Origin: Candidatus Saccharimonadia bacterium
Lineage (GTDB): Bacteria > Patescibacteriota > Saccharimonadia > Saccharimonadales > CALFBO01
NCBI GenBank assembly: GCA_937951635.1
Contig: CALFBO010000056.1
Coordinates: 1 to 39,032, forward strand
DNA length: 39,032 nucleotides
Reading direction: 5' to 3'
In this document: positions 1 to 7,950 of the stretch, piece after piece
Layout of the letters: each line of letters opens with the position of its first letter
Numbering within the stretch: the stretch's first letter is position 1
Translations under genes and position numbers: made by a program
The notes under the pieces: generated by a model
Seen by the model: the letters and a program-made list of their open reading frames with translations, nothing else
What the model was told of the DNA's origin: nothing
Database searches by the model: none

Positions 1-859
1 TTCTTGAGATGAGCCCAATTACTCCCCCGTTTTCTTTTGTAAGCAAGTCTTCGGAATTTTGTTTCGCTAGTTCCGAAAAGTCCTGACCGCCAGTTAATTT
101 TGCAAGAGTTGCACTGGCCTTATCACGGGCAGTAGTGTCAACTAGCTGTGGTAATTTTTGCCTATATAGTTGTAGCTTTACAGTGTGGCGAAGATCTTCC
201 ACTTCCCAGTCATAGAAGTTAAGTAAAATATCTTCTAAAACCTGGTCGGACTCACCGACTCCACCCTGACTTCTTATTTCTTCAATTGCTTCATCAACTT
301 CTTGCTCAGAAATTTCTACATCGTATTCCTTGGCAGTCATTTTGGCTAGAGCGTCCAACTTAACTTTGTCTAGAGATTGCTGATAGGTTTGCAACAACAA
401 GTCAGAGCCAGTTTCATCATCTATGTCTACGCCCTCTTGCCCGTGATTCCTGTAATAAAACAAGCTATTTTTAACCTCGAATAAATAATCATCGTAGCCT
501 ACATATGCGCCGTTAACCCTACTAACCGGAAATGGAACCAGCTGCGATATTCTGTACGCAAACTCCGAAGTACTCTTGAATCTATAAAGCATTAACAGTG
601 ACGCTATCAGAGACAATGCAATAATTCCAATTACGATTGCAGCCGAAATAATCGCAACCTTGTGGCGATTATGTTGGAGTGGATACACAAATCTTCTTGC
701 TTCGGCTAGAACTTCTTCACGGTGTTCAGCCACAGTGTCATTGGTAATCCTAGGCGCCACCTCGTCGCCTGCACTACTAGTAAGGTCTGGCTTCTTATCA
801 CTAATCCACTTCTTAATCTTGGGTTTCTTTGTGGTTAGTATGCTCTTTTTTTTTGCCAT
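1..859 (-). CDS. membrane-anchored SurA-N/PpiD-like chaperone-domain protein; C-terminus lies beyond the window edge
   Basis: Absent from the ORF track because it is truncated. Hand translation from the ATG at 859-857 gives MAKKKSILTTKKPKIKKWISDKKPDL...REEVLAEARRFVYPLQHNRHKVAIISAAIVIGIIALSLIASLLML (one TM helix), then ...QLVPFPVSRVNGAYVGYDDYL..., open to position 1. The ATG abuts the TAG (862-860) of the upstream gene. The family call rests only on the TM helix plus the VNG..dy pattern and is weak. Confidence 0.55.
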   Translation of the reverse strand, partial: MAKKKSILTTKKPKIKKWISDKKPDLTSSAGDEVAPRITNDTVAEHREEVLAEARRFVYPLQHNRHKVAIISAAIVIGIIALSLIASLLMLYRFKSTSEFAYRISQLVPFPVSRVNGAYVGYDDYLFEVKNSLFYYRNHGQEGVDIDDETGSDLLLQTYQQSLDKVKLDALAKMTAKEYDVEISEQEVDEAIEEIRSQGGVGESDQVLEDILLNFYDWEVEDLRHTVKLQLYRQKLPQLVDTTARDKASATLAKLTGGQDFSELAKQNSEDLLTKENGGVIGLISR

Positions 860-1414
860 CTAATCAGCCTTTTTCGTCATTTCTACGCTATCATCTAGTT
901 GCGACTCTATACTAGTGTCTACACCAAGGTCTTTTATAATCTTTAAAATTTTCTCTTGAATTTCTTGAGGCCTATGAATTCTGTCAATCACTAAGTCGCC
1001 AACGAAAGTTTGAACTAATATGGTGCCGAATCCAAGTATAGTTTCTTGAATGCCCGATACCTGGTAGTTAATATTTTGAATCTTACTCAGCCCAACATCT
1101 ACGAACGAACGATCAAACAAACCTTTTTGACTTATTTGGACCAAGCGCTGATCTGTAACGATAAATACACTAAAATACCAACCAATCCAATAGTAGAACA
1201 TTACTACAGAGCCCAATACTAGACTGGCAGGGATCAACCACAATAATTTTAAGTTCGTGGGCCATATACTAACAGGTATCATGCCTACCAACAACATTGC
1301 CAGTATCGCTAAAAGCCCCTTCCTCATAACCACCGGATGCCTACGAAACAACATCAAGACTTCTTCATCTTCATGCTGAGAATCAAACCTGCTTAATTTA
1401 GCCTCTTTTGCCAT
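860..1414 (-). CDS. membrane protein with bacterial PH (bPH_2, YdbS/YdbT-like) domain
   Basis: 184-aa ORF with two N-terminal TM helices (LLAILAMLLVGMIPVSIW, LLWLIPASLVLGSVVMFYYWIGWYF). These are followed by VTDQRLVQISQKGLFDRSFVDVGLSKIQNINYQVSGIQETILGFGTILVQT, the typical bPH_2 pattern. Confidence 0.6.
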   Translation of the reverse strand: MAKEAKLSRFDSQHEDEEVLMLFRRHPVVMRKGLLAILAMLLVGMIPVSIWPTNLKLLWLIPASLVLGSVVMFYYWIGWYFSVFIVTDQRLVQISQKGLFDRSFVDVGLSKIQNINYQVSGIQETILGFGTILVQTFVGDLVIDRIHRPQEIQEKILKIIKDLGVDTSIESQLDDSVEMTKKAD

Positions 1415-1467
1415 ACACCCTATTATACACTCGGTTGACGCACATGGCTTAATGCGAATTCATACTC

Positions 1468-1495
1468 TTGCTTTCTACCCTCAGCAAAATATTCT
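1468..1495 (+). promoter_or_regulatory. weak sigma70-like promoter candidate for the X-module array
   Basis: TTGCTT (1468-1473), 16-nt spacer, TATTCT (1490-1495). The predicted start falls at about 1501-1503, the first unit boundary of the tandem array. Both hexamers match consensus poorly. Confidence 0.25.
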
Positions 1496-1501
1496 AGCCT
1501 G

Positions 1502-2037
1502 GTTGTTCAGGGGCTTTAAGTTCAAAACAATAACTAGTATTTCTTTGTTTTTGGAGTGCCTGACGAGGCGCCGTGCTTTGTTTTTCAATGGAGCGTACTT
1601 AACAGCTAAAGAAAAACAAAACGTATCTTTTTAAACATGCCTGTATGGCCATAAAACTCGTTCTCTTCTTCGACATATCTAAAGATATGACTTAAGTCGA
1701 GTAACGAGTCTTCTGTCTCACCCAGATCACGATCAAAAAATGACACGTTTTGTATTCCTTTGGCTATAACAAGTACGTGTAATGAAAACTAAGTGCGGGA
1801 ACGAAGAAACCTGGCTGGAGTCCGGCTGTGCCGGTGTAGGCCTGATTGTTCAGGGGCTTTAAGTTCAAAACAATAACTAGTATTTCTTTGTTTTTGGAGT
1901 GCCTGACGAGGCGCCGTGCTTTGTTTTTCAATGGAGCGTACTAGCAAGTACGTGTAATGAAAACTAAGTGCGGGAACGAAGAAACCTGGCTGGAGTCCGG
2001 CTGTGCCGGTGTAGGCCTGGTTGTTCAGGGGCTTTAA
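1502..2037 (+). repeat. tandem array of a 175-nt structured non-coding module (X family): XA 1502-1844 (interrupted), XB 1845-2019, partial third head 2020-2037
   Basis: Direct comparison: 1502-1599 equals 1845-1942 except for the first base, and 1771-1844 equals 1946-2019 exactly. The 18-nt unit head recurs at 2020-2037. Nested helices are present. Wobble pairs are T:G/G:T on the + strand. Confidence 0.9.
1600..1770 (+). other. 171-nt insertion in the apical hairpin loop of X copy XA; carries a Y-family structured module (about 1616-1753)
   Basis: XB reads CGTACT-AGC-AAGTACG. XA reads CGTACT-[171 nt]-AAGTACG. The insert folds on itself: ACAAAACGT 1616-1624 / ACGTTTTGT 1745-1753, CTCGTT 1657-1662 / AACGAG 1703-1708, and hairpin CATATCT-AAA-GATATG at 1674-1689. 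Confidence 0.8.
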
Positions 2038-2050
2038 AAACAAAAAAATA

Positions 2051-2125
2051 TGGTATCCCCGGCTGGAATCGAACCAACATCTAATCCTTAGGAGGGACTC
2101 GTTCTATCCGTTGAACTACAGGGAC
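2051..2125 (-). tRNA. tRNA-Arg (anticodon CCU)
   Basis: The reverse complement folds as a 75-nt cloverleaf. Acceptor GUCCCUG/CGGGGAU (G1:U72 wobble), D arm GUUC-AACGGAUA-GAAC, anticodon arm AGUCC-CUCCUAA-GGAUU (anticodon CCU), 4-nt variable loop, T arm GUUGG-UUCGAUU-CCAGC, discriminator A, encoded CCA. Confidence 0.9.
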
Positions 2126-2180
2126 CAATCGATTTATACTAACACACCACCAATACGACCAAGGCCAAACTATACTCGGC

Positions 2181-2801
2181 TTACTTGTCTTGGTACCAAT
2201 CTTTGGTATAAACAACTCTTGAATGAGCTGTCTCAAAACTCAATAGTTCGTGCTCTTCAAACCAAATCATCAATTCCCTATTGGCGTTTTCCGAACTATC
2301 CGAGCAATGAATAATGTTTCTAACAGCCCAACCACCACGATCGGCAAGCTCATAGGAGTCTACTGAGTAGTCAAAACCTATAGTTCCTGGCTGCGACGAT
2401 CTAGGACTGGTCTGTCCTCGCATTTTTCTGGCCGATTCAACCACATGCGCTCCTTCGAGAGCGATGGCGACTACTGGGCCTGCGGACAAGTTTTCCATGT
2501 TTATTTCTCGTATTTTTACGCCCATTTCTCTTGCAGTTAGACTTAACTTTACGCCCTGGTCTTCGTAATTCTTCAGTGTGCGCCCACCAGTATCAAGATA
2601 CCATTCTTCGTCTTCGGCATAATGTCGGCCAGTCTGTTCTTTTGTAGGCCACACCATTTTTAATCCAATGATTTTAAGATTTTTTCGTTCAAACCTTTGA
2701 ATAATCTCGCCCACTAAATGCCTTGAAACAGCATCGGGCTTCAATAAAACCAAAGTTCGCTCAGATTTAATACTCTTCAGTTCTTGTTCGTCTGGCCTCA
2801 T
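2181..2801 (-). CDS. ndk: nucleoside-diphosphate kinase (long form with insertions)
   Basis: ERTLVLLKPDAVSRHLVGEIIQRFERKNLKIIGLKM at the N-terminus and the active-site block NIIHCSDS. The ATG lies 3 nt after the uppP stop. Confidence 0.85.
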   Translation of the reverse strand: MRPDEQELKSIKSERTLVLLKPDAVSRHLVGEIIQRFERKNLKIIGLKMVWPTKEQTGRHYAEDEEWYLDTGGRTLKNYEDQGVKLSLTAREMGVKIREINMENLSAGPVVAIALEGAHVVESARKMRGQTSPRSSQPGTIGFDYSVDSYELADRGGWAVRNIIHCSDSSENANRELMIWFEEHELLSFETAHSRVVYTKDWYQDK

Positions 2802-2804
2802 CGG

Positions 2805-3620
2805 TTATGCTCCTGCTGCTATGAATAATAATATTGCCAACCCTAGCCTATACCAGCCAAAAGCTGTTAGACCATTTGTCTTCACAAACCTTAGCAAAAA
2901 GTCGAGAGCAAACCAACCACAAAAGAACGCAACAACAACACCAACAATGGCCATGTGGCTATTTTCTACAAGCGCAGCCCTACTTTCGGCGTCGATAATT
3001 TGCTTTAAGGCTGCACCAGCTATAATTGGAATACCTGCCAAAAATGAATACTCGGCCGCAACAGTGTTATCGTAACCTCTAGCTCTTGCCGCAAGCATGG
3101 TTATACCTGAACGTGACGTACCCGGGACCAGTGCCAATACTTGAAGCAAGCCAATAACTGCCGCATCCAGCCCACTCAAGCTATTAACGCCACTTGCATC
3201 ATTGCTATTCTTTGCTTTTTTAACCTGGCTCCTTGGCTTGTAAGTAAAAAGCTTGTCCGAAAAAATCATTACAATGCCCACAGCTGCAAGCATGAATGCA
3301 ACGACCCTTACTGACCGTGCCGACTCGGTAATCTGGTCTACAAACAAAAATCCAACAGTTGCTGCAGGTATTGTTGTTATAACAACGTTATATATGAGTG
3401 ATTTATTTTTGGTGGGTTTAGACAAAATCGAGATAATCTTATCTTTAAAATAAACAACTACCGCAAGCAAGGTGCCAAAATGCAGGGCAACGTCGAACGC
3501 AAGACCACCCTTTAAGCCCCACCATTCGCGCAAAGCCAATAAGTGGCCCGAACTAGAAACTGGAATAAACTCGGTAATCGCTTGAACAATGGCGAGTATA
3601 ACGACTTCAATAATACCCAT
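2805..3620 (-). CDS. uppP: undecaprenyl-diphosphate phosphatase (BacA/UppP)
   Basis: Polytopic membrane protein carrying both signature motifs, EFIPVSSSGHL and PGTSRSGITM. Confidence 0.9.
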   Translation of the reverse strand: MGIIEVVILAIVQAITEFIPVSSSGHLLALREWWGLKGGLAFDVALHFGTLLAVVVYFKDKIISILSKPTKNKSLIYNVVITTIPAATVGFLFVDQITESARSVRVVAFMLAAVGIVMIFSDKLFTYKPRSQVKKAKNSNDASGVNSLSGLDAAVIGLLQVLALVPGTSRSGITMLAARARGYDNTVAAEYSFLAGIPIIAGAALKQIIDAESRAALVENSHMAIVGVVVAFFCGWFALDFLLRFVKTNGLTAFGWYRLGLAILLFIAAGA

Positions 3621-3622
3621 AA

Positions 3623-4078
3623 TTAAATACTTCCCACACTTGGCATGTTACTCAAATAGTCGCCACCGGCGCGAACCTCGACAATCCCAGCATCCCAACT
3701 CCAACGACAAACCGTCTTGTCGCCAATCATAAGCCTGACCTCTTCAGGCAGGGAATTCTCTACTCGCCACATATATGGCTCTGGGTTTTCAGTCAGTAAT
3801 TTAGACACTATCTGTTTATTTTTAGGTGTAAACACTGCCCTAAACTCGGCATCAAACCCCAGGTAATACAACGGGTTGGTTCTTTTGGTCTGCGTGACCC
3901 TTTCTAGCTTGGTTGCTAAAAGTACTTTATCCACGCCCTTTCTAAACGACTTAAAATAGAAAGAGTCACACAAATCTAATAAATCAACCAGCTCGCCAAG
4001 CACACCCCTCTCGGGCAAACCTTCATAAAACACAACCCTAAATTCACTGTCCTTTGCCATGAGCCAATTATACAGCAC
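3623..4078 (-). CDS. hypothetical protein
   Basis: 151-aa ORF abutting uppP. The track start is GTG; an ATG at 4060 (MAKDSEFRVVFYE...) is the more likely start. No motif recognised. Confidence 0.5.
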   Translation of the reverse strand: MLYNWLMAKDSEFRVVFYEGLPERGVLGELVDLLDLCDSFYFKSFRKGVDKVLLATKLERVTQTKRTNPLYYLGFDAEFRAVFTPKNKQIVSKLLTENPEPYMWRVENSLPEEVRLMIGDKTVCRWSWDAGIVEVRAGGDYLSNMPSVGSI

Positions 4079-4178
4079 ACGCCACGCCCAACTATACCGC
4101 CTACCTAGGCCAGTATTTAAAGTCGATAACTATGGCTTGGCATAGCCCCCGCTATATAAATATGCATATGGTGATAAA

Positions 4179-5108
4179 ATGATATGCATAATGCCAATAA
4201 CTCTTTCAGACATCATTCTAGAATTCCTAGAACACATGGAAATCGAGCAAAACCGTGCTCAAAACACTATAAGAAATTACGACAGATACCTGCAAAGACT
4301 AATTGAATTTGGCGACGACATACCAATCAAAGATGTCGATGCAGAACTTGTAAGAAAGTGGCGGCTTTGGCTAAACCGCCTCGTCGACGAACAAGGCAAT
4401 AATCTCTCCAAAACAACTCAAAACTACCACCTAATTGCACTACGAGGCCTGCTTAAATACTGTGCAAAAAGAGACATTAAAACCCTTTCGGCCGACAAAA
4501 TTGAACTTGCCAAAACCCGGCGGAGCAAAGTCAGTTTTCTTAGCAACGAAGAAGTGTATCGTCTTATTAATGTGCAAAACAAAAGCAGCTCTGCGCACAG
4601 AGATAGAGCCATTGTGGAGCTGCTCTTTAGTGGAGGCTTGCGTGTATCCGAAATTGCCAGCCTTAACCGCAGCGACATAAACCTAAAGCGCAAAGAGTTC
4701 ACCGTGCGCGGCAAAGGCCAAAAAGATCGTCCAATTTTCATTAGTGATGGTGCCGCAAATGCCATAGATACATACTTAAGCCACAGGACCGATAACCTAC
4801 AGCCACTATTTATAAGTACTTCGAGAAACACGCTCCCCAGCAACGACGGAGATTATAGAAGATTAAGCCCAAGAAGCATTCAAAGAATAATATCAAAGAG
4901 AGCTCGTTTAGCAGGAATCACAAAAAAAGTTACGCCCCACACCTTGCGCCATTCGTTTGCAACAGATCTCCTAGGCAATGGGGCAGATCTTCGTAGTGTT
5001 CAAGCTTTGCTTGGACACAGCAATGTATCTACCACACAAATCTATACCCATGTTACCAACCCCGGCCTTAAGAATATTCATAAAAAGTTCCACAACAAAC
5101 ATTCATAG
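4179..5108 (+). CDS. tyrosine recombinase, XerC/XerD family
   Basis: N-terminal SAM-like core-binding region (IEQNRAQNTIRNYDRYLQRLIEF). C-terminal catalytic block HTLRHSFATDLLGNGADLRSVQALLGHSNVSTTQIYTHV, with the R..HxxR..Y pattern. An alternative ATG lies at 4191. Confidence 0.85.
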   Translation: MICIMPITLSDIILEFLEHMEIEQNRAQNTIRNYDRYLQRLIEFGDDIPIKDVDAELVRKWRLWLNRLVDEQGNNLSKTTQNYHLIALRGLLKYCAKRDIKTLSADKIELAKTRRSKVSFLSNEEVYRLINVQNKSSSAHRDRAIVELLFSGGLRVSEIASLNRSDINLKRKEFTVRGKGQKDRPIFISDGAANAIDTYLSHRTDNLQPLFISTSRNTLPSNDGDYRRLSPRSIQRIISKRARLAGITKKVTPHTLRHSFATDLLGNGADLRSVQALLGHSNVSTTQIYTHVTNPGLKNIHKKFHNKHS

Positions 5109-5271
5109 CTACTCCAAAGCAAACCCACTTTTCTTGACAGGCTCTACATGTTTTTTTGCTGCAATGCATTTACAAATGTGTCTTAATAGAACACATAGTT
5201 TTTATCTGGCTAGAATCTTGACTCAAAATTACTGATTTTACTTTGGGGCGGCTATAGCTTCAACAAACAAA

Positions 5272-6402
5272 CTATCTTGTACAGCTACTGCCAGGTAAGC
5301 CCAAAAAGTCACTAGACTGGTCGGTTATAGCAAAGTTTTTACATATGCTACCCGAAGTGGTTATAGACGCATCTGGTATTAAGGAAGGTGGCGCCAACTC
5401 CATCGTAGCCTTAATTCGTCTATACACGTCGCCAGATCTGGCAGTAATGTCTATTTGAGCCTGTCCGCCATTAAAGTTTTTATTGTTGTCGTTATTATCA
5501 AATGGCGTGACCCTAACTTGAGTTGGCTGGTACAAATTACTTATTTGTAGATACTTATACCTACTTTGACCACCTAGCTGCCGAAGGTTTAGCTCGCACA
5601 CATAGTCGCCTATGGGCGTATCGGGATCACAACGCGCAGGTGCTATTTCACCATTGGCCTCCACATTTGCACCAAATGCCCTATATTGTATTCCACCAAA
5701 TCCTCGGGCAGGATTTGCATAAAGCTTATAGCTTTCGAGGTCGGATGAGTCAAAATTGCTAAGTCTTGGACGAGCATACAAAGATATATCCAGCATTGCC
5801 GGGTAATTGCGGTTCTCAACCCAGGTAGGAACATTTAAAAGGGACTCGTCGAGTCTGCTGCGCAACCTAATTGGGCGATCTAACTCACCGTCACCACCTA
5901 CAGAAGACGTGCCATTAACATGCCATTCAATTTTAACTTCGTTTATACCGACAGAGGCATCGAGACTGTTAACGGCGTCGAGCGGCACTTTAACAGTCTT
6001 ATTCGCTTCATTTAAATTAAAGATGTAAGCATCGGGTTTAACATCTATGATCATACAGGTAATCTCGATGTCATAGCGATCGTTTGAAGAAAGTACGGGG
6101 TCAAAACCCTGTGGCATTTTGCAGGTGTCTTTATTGAGCTGGTCTATAGTCATCGCGCCACGTTGGACTTCACGAATAGCCCGCTTTGCCTCTTCTAGGC
6201 CCGATTCAGTGCCGTAAAATGCGCGTGACGACAAATCGGCATCAGAAGTTTGCCGGCTTTCGATTACAGAAAGCCTTATGTAGCTTATTGTTATAACAAG
6301 CAAAATTATGCTTATAAATATGACTGTAAGCATTGCAGCAGCACCATCTTGATTTAACTGTCGTCGCCGCTTGAAGCTATTTGTAAAAAACTTGATCATC
6401 AT
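5272..6402 (-). CDS. PilX-N-like pilus assembly / minor pilin-associated protein
   Basis: N-terminus RRRQLNQDGAAAMLTVIFISIILLVITISYIRLSVIESRQTSDADLSSRAFYGTESGLEEAKRAI resembles the PilX N-terminal domain. It is the last gene of the minor-pilin run, with a 1-nt overlap with the upstream gene. Confidence 0.55.
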   Translation of the reverse strand: MMIKFFTNSFKRRRQLNQDGAAAMLTVIFISIILLVITISYIRLSVIESRQTSDADLSSRAFYGTESGLEEAKRAIREVQRGAMTIDQLNKDTCKMPQGFDPVLSSNDRYDIEITCMIIDVKPDAYIFNLNEANKTVKVPLDAVNSLDASVGINEVKIEWHVNGTSSVGGDGELDRPIRLRSRLDESLLNVPTWVENRNYPAMLDISLYARPRLSNFDSSDLESYKLYANPARGFGGIQYRAFGANVEANGEIAPARCDPDTPIGDYVCELNLRQLGGQSRYKYLQISNLYQPTQVRVTPFDNNDNNKNFNGGQAQIDITARSGDVYRRIKATMELAPPSLIPDASITTSGSICKNFAITDQSSDFLGLPGSSCTR

Positions 6403-7346
6403 TAATTCCTCGTTGTAGCTACGGTCTGCAAACGTACCACCTTACAAAATTCAGCTCTTCCACCCTGGGTGCAAATTGGCTGCTTTATTCCGCTGCCGTC
6501 GTCTTTTACACCAGTATCGGGGTTAATCCCCCTATCCATAAATATCGAATCGTTCCTAACCCATGATTCTGTCCAGGCAGTGGTATCTAGCCATCTTGGT
6601 TTGTCGGCTGTGGCTACAACTAACGTTACCTGATAACTTGTTCCACTTGCAGAGCCCGGGGCAGATATTTTTTCGACGTCCAAATCATGGATTCTCAGCT
6701 CCTGAGACAGTACAGATGTTGTGGTGCCCGAGTATAAGAAACTAAAGTTGTCGTGGCAATCTGCAATTGTTCCGGATGGGTCAAGGTCTAGTGTGTCTGT
6801 TTTCATCGCGGTTATTTCTTCCAACCCGTGAACACTGCCATCCACATTGTAATAAATTAGATGCTCACGACCCACACTGTCAGGCCATTCATTGTTCCAG
6901 TTTCCACCAGACCCGTCATCAAGTGAAGGTGAAGGCGAGTCAATTACATTATATTCGTTCCAGGCAAAACGTCTATTGGCGCTGCACAGCCGCAAGACTG
7001 TACCGTCGGTAACCGATCTGGCTTCGTTCACCCACTCTTCGTCACCATCGCCGTCTTCGTCTATAAATACGTACTCCCCGTACGTAACGCCCACTGCCGG
7101 AGATTCGCCGTACTCGTCATAAACTATTAGTGGCCCTTCAGATGAACGAATTGTCTTAACTATGTCGTCCATCAATACTCTCGCTGCATCCTGGACAATT
7201 TTGGTGTTGTAGCCCTTGGTGTACTGTCTATTAATTCTAACAAACGAGTTAATAACAACCACCAACAGAAGACTAAAGAAAACGGTTGCGAATATTAACT
7301 CTATGAGCGTAAATCCTTGTTCTGTTTTCTTGTTTAATCGAATCAT
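6402..7346 (-). CDS. minor pilin with prepilin-type N-terminal cleavage/methylation domain (PilW-like by position)
   Basis: MIRLNKKTEQG|FTLIELIFATVFFSLLLVVVI is the class III signal: G-1, F+1, E+5, then a hydrophobic helix. Confidence 0.65.
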   Translation of the reverse strand: MIRLNKKTEQGFTLIELIFATVFFSLLLVVVINSFVRINRQYTKGYNTKIVQDAARVLMDDIVKTIRSSEGPLIVYDEYGESPAVGVTYGEYVFIDEDGDGDEEWVNEARSVTDGTVLRLCSANRRFAWNEYNVIDSPSPSLDDGSGGNWNNEWPDSVGREHLIYYNVDGSVHGLEEITAMKTDTLDLDPSGTIADCHDNFSFLYSGTTTSVLSQELRIHDLDVEKISAPGSASGTSYQVTLVVATADKPRWLDTTAWTESWVRNDSIFMDRGINPDTGVKDDGSGIKQPICTQGGRAEFCKVVRLQTVATTRN

Positions 7347-7945
7347 CTTGCATTCTCCAGCCTAAGCACAACTCCGGTCTGAGAGTTTGGGGCAGAACCC
7401 AAGCTTGGCCAACAGGCGTTAATCACAAAATCACTATACGCACCTGTAAGGTTCTCAACAGTATCAATCCATACGTAATATTCCTGCCCACCGACTGGCC
7501 CGAGATAGCTATCAGACATTGCAGTGTTCCCGCCAACTAACTCCAAATGGAAGCTTGCAGGGTTTCCTACTGTAGGCGTAGGATTGCTAAGATCTGCACC
7601 CAAACATGAGGTTGGGCTTGTTGGGTCACTAGATACGCCCGTGCCCCTATCTAGTATTTTATCCCACGCATCTGTCTCTGTTTGTTGATCGCGCGCAACC
7701 TTCAAAAACTCTGCTTGCTCTTGCAGTATATTTGCCAACTCATAGCGCTCAATGGCATTTTGATTGGTTATAGTTGCCCGGTTGGCTAGGTTGTAGGATG
7801 TTGTCAAGACAGCAGACAGTATTACAGTAGCCAGCAGCACCTCGACAATAGTGTCTCCACGATTGTCGAGTTTAGGTCGGCGTACAAAACTAGTTGCTAG
7901 CTTTATTGCAAAATTACGAGCTTGTGCGTGAAAGCCATACCCCAT
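7343..7945 (-). CDS. minor pilin-like protein (PilV-like), atypical leader
   Basis: Contains ...KLDNRG|DTIVEVLLATVILSAVLTTSY, with E at +5. I prefer the ATG at 7945 (GGAG 9 nt upstream) over the TTG at 7963 used by the ORF track. Confidence 0.55.
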   Translation of the reverse strand: MGYGFHAQARNFAIKLATSFVRRPKLDNRGDTIVEVLLATVILSAVLTTSYNLANRATITNQNAIERYELANILQEQAEFLKVARDQQTETDAWDKILDRGTGVSSDPTSPTSCLGADLSNPTPTVGNPASFHLELVGGNTAMSDSYLGPVGGQEYYVWIDTVENLTGAYSDFVINACWPSLGSAPNSQTGVVLRLENAR

Positions 7946-7950
7946 GCTGT

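Noticed and set aside
1635-1649. Exact 15-mer ACATGCCTGTATGGC shared with 24504-24518; also 10-11-mers shared between 22347/22944 and 36722/38918
   Set aside because: In a 39-kb window searched on both strands, about one chance 15-mer match is expected. The flanks do not align.
1600-1700. 25-codon minus-strand ORF (MSKKRTSFMAIQACLKRYVLFFFSC) inside the XA insert as a possible type I toxin
   Set aside because: It has no Shine-Dalgarno, is not conserved in the Y copy at 10379-10545, and its start codon lies within the conserved apical hairpin.
1903-1960. Box C/D-like or kink-turn reading (CUGA ... GUAAUGA) in X
   Set aside because: The two boxes lie at opposite ends of the long helix, so they cannot pair with each other. 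The apical internal loop has GA on both strands, but the loop lengths do not fit a standard K-turn. It remains only a possibility.
1903-1985. Hammerhead ribozyme: CUGACGAG ... CGAAGAAAC in the X module
   Set aside because: CUGACGA and GAA flank a long helix as in a hammerhead. However, the helix next to the core opens with mismatches. The residue after GAA is G, not the conserved A15.1. I could not build stems I and III consistently in XB and X3. Copy X4 has UUGAUAAGG instead of the core.
1502-2037. CRISPR array
   Set aside because: The repeat unit is 175 nt with no unique spacers between units, and no cas genes are in the window.
1452-2314. Track ORFs 1452-1634 (+), 1789-2043 (-) and 2021-2314 (+)
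   Set aside because: They run through the X tandem repeat, the tRNA gene and the 3' end of ndk. They have no Shine-Dalgarno, show odd composition, and are partly duplicated by the repeat. They are artefacts of open frames in non-coding sequence.
4162-4189. 8-bp inverted repeat ATGCATAT-12 nt-ATATGCAT over the xer start as a dif site
   Set aside because: It does not resemble the 11-6-11 dif architecture (no TTATGTTAAAT-like XerD arm). It is more likely an operator or just AT-rich promoter sequence.
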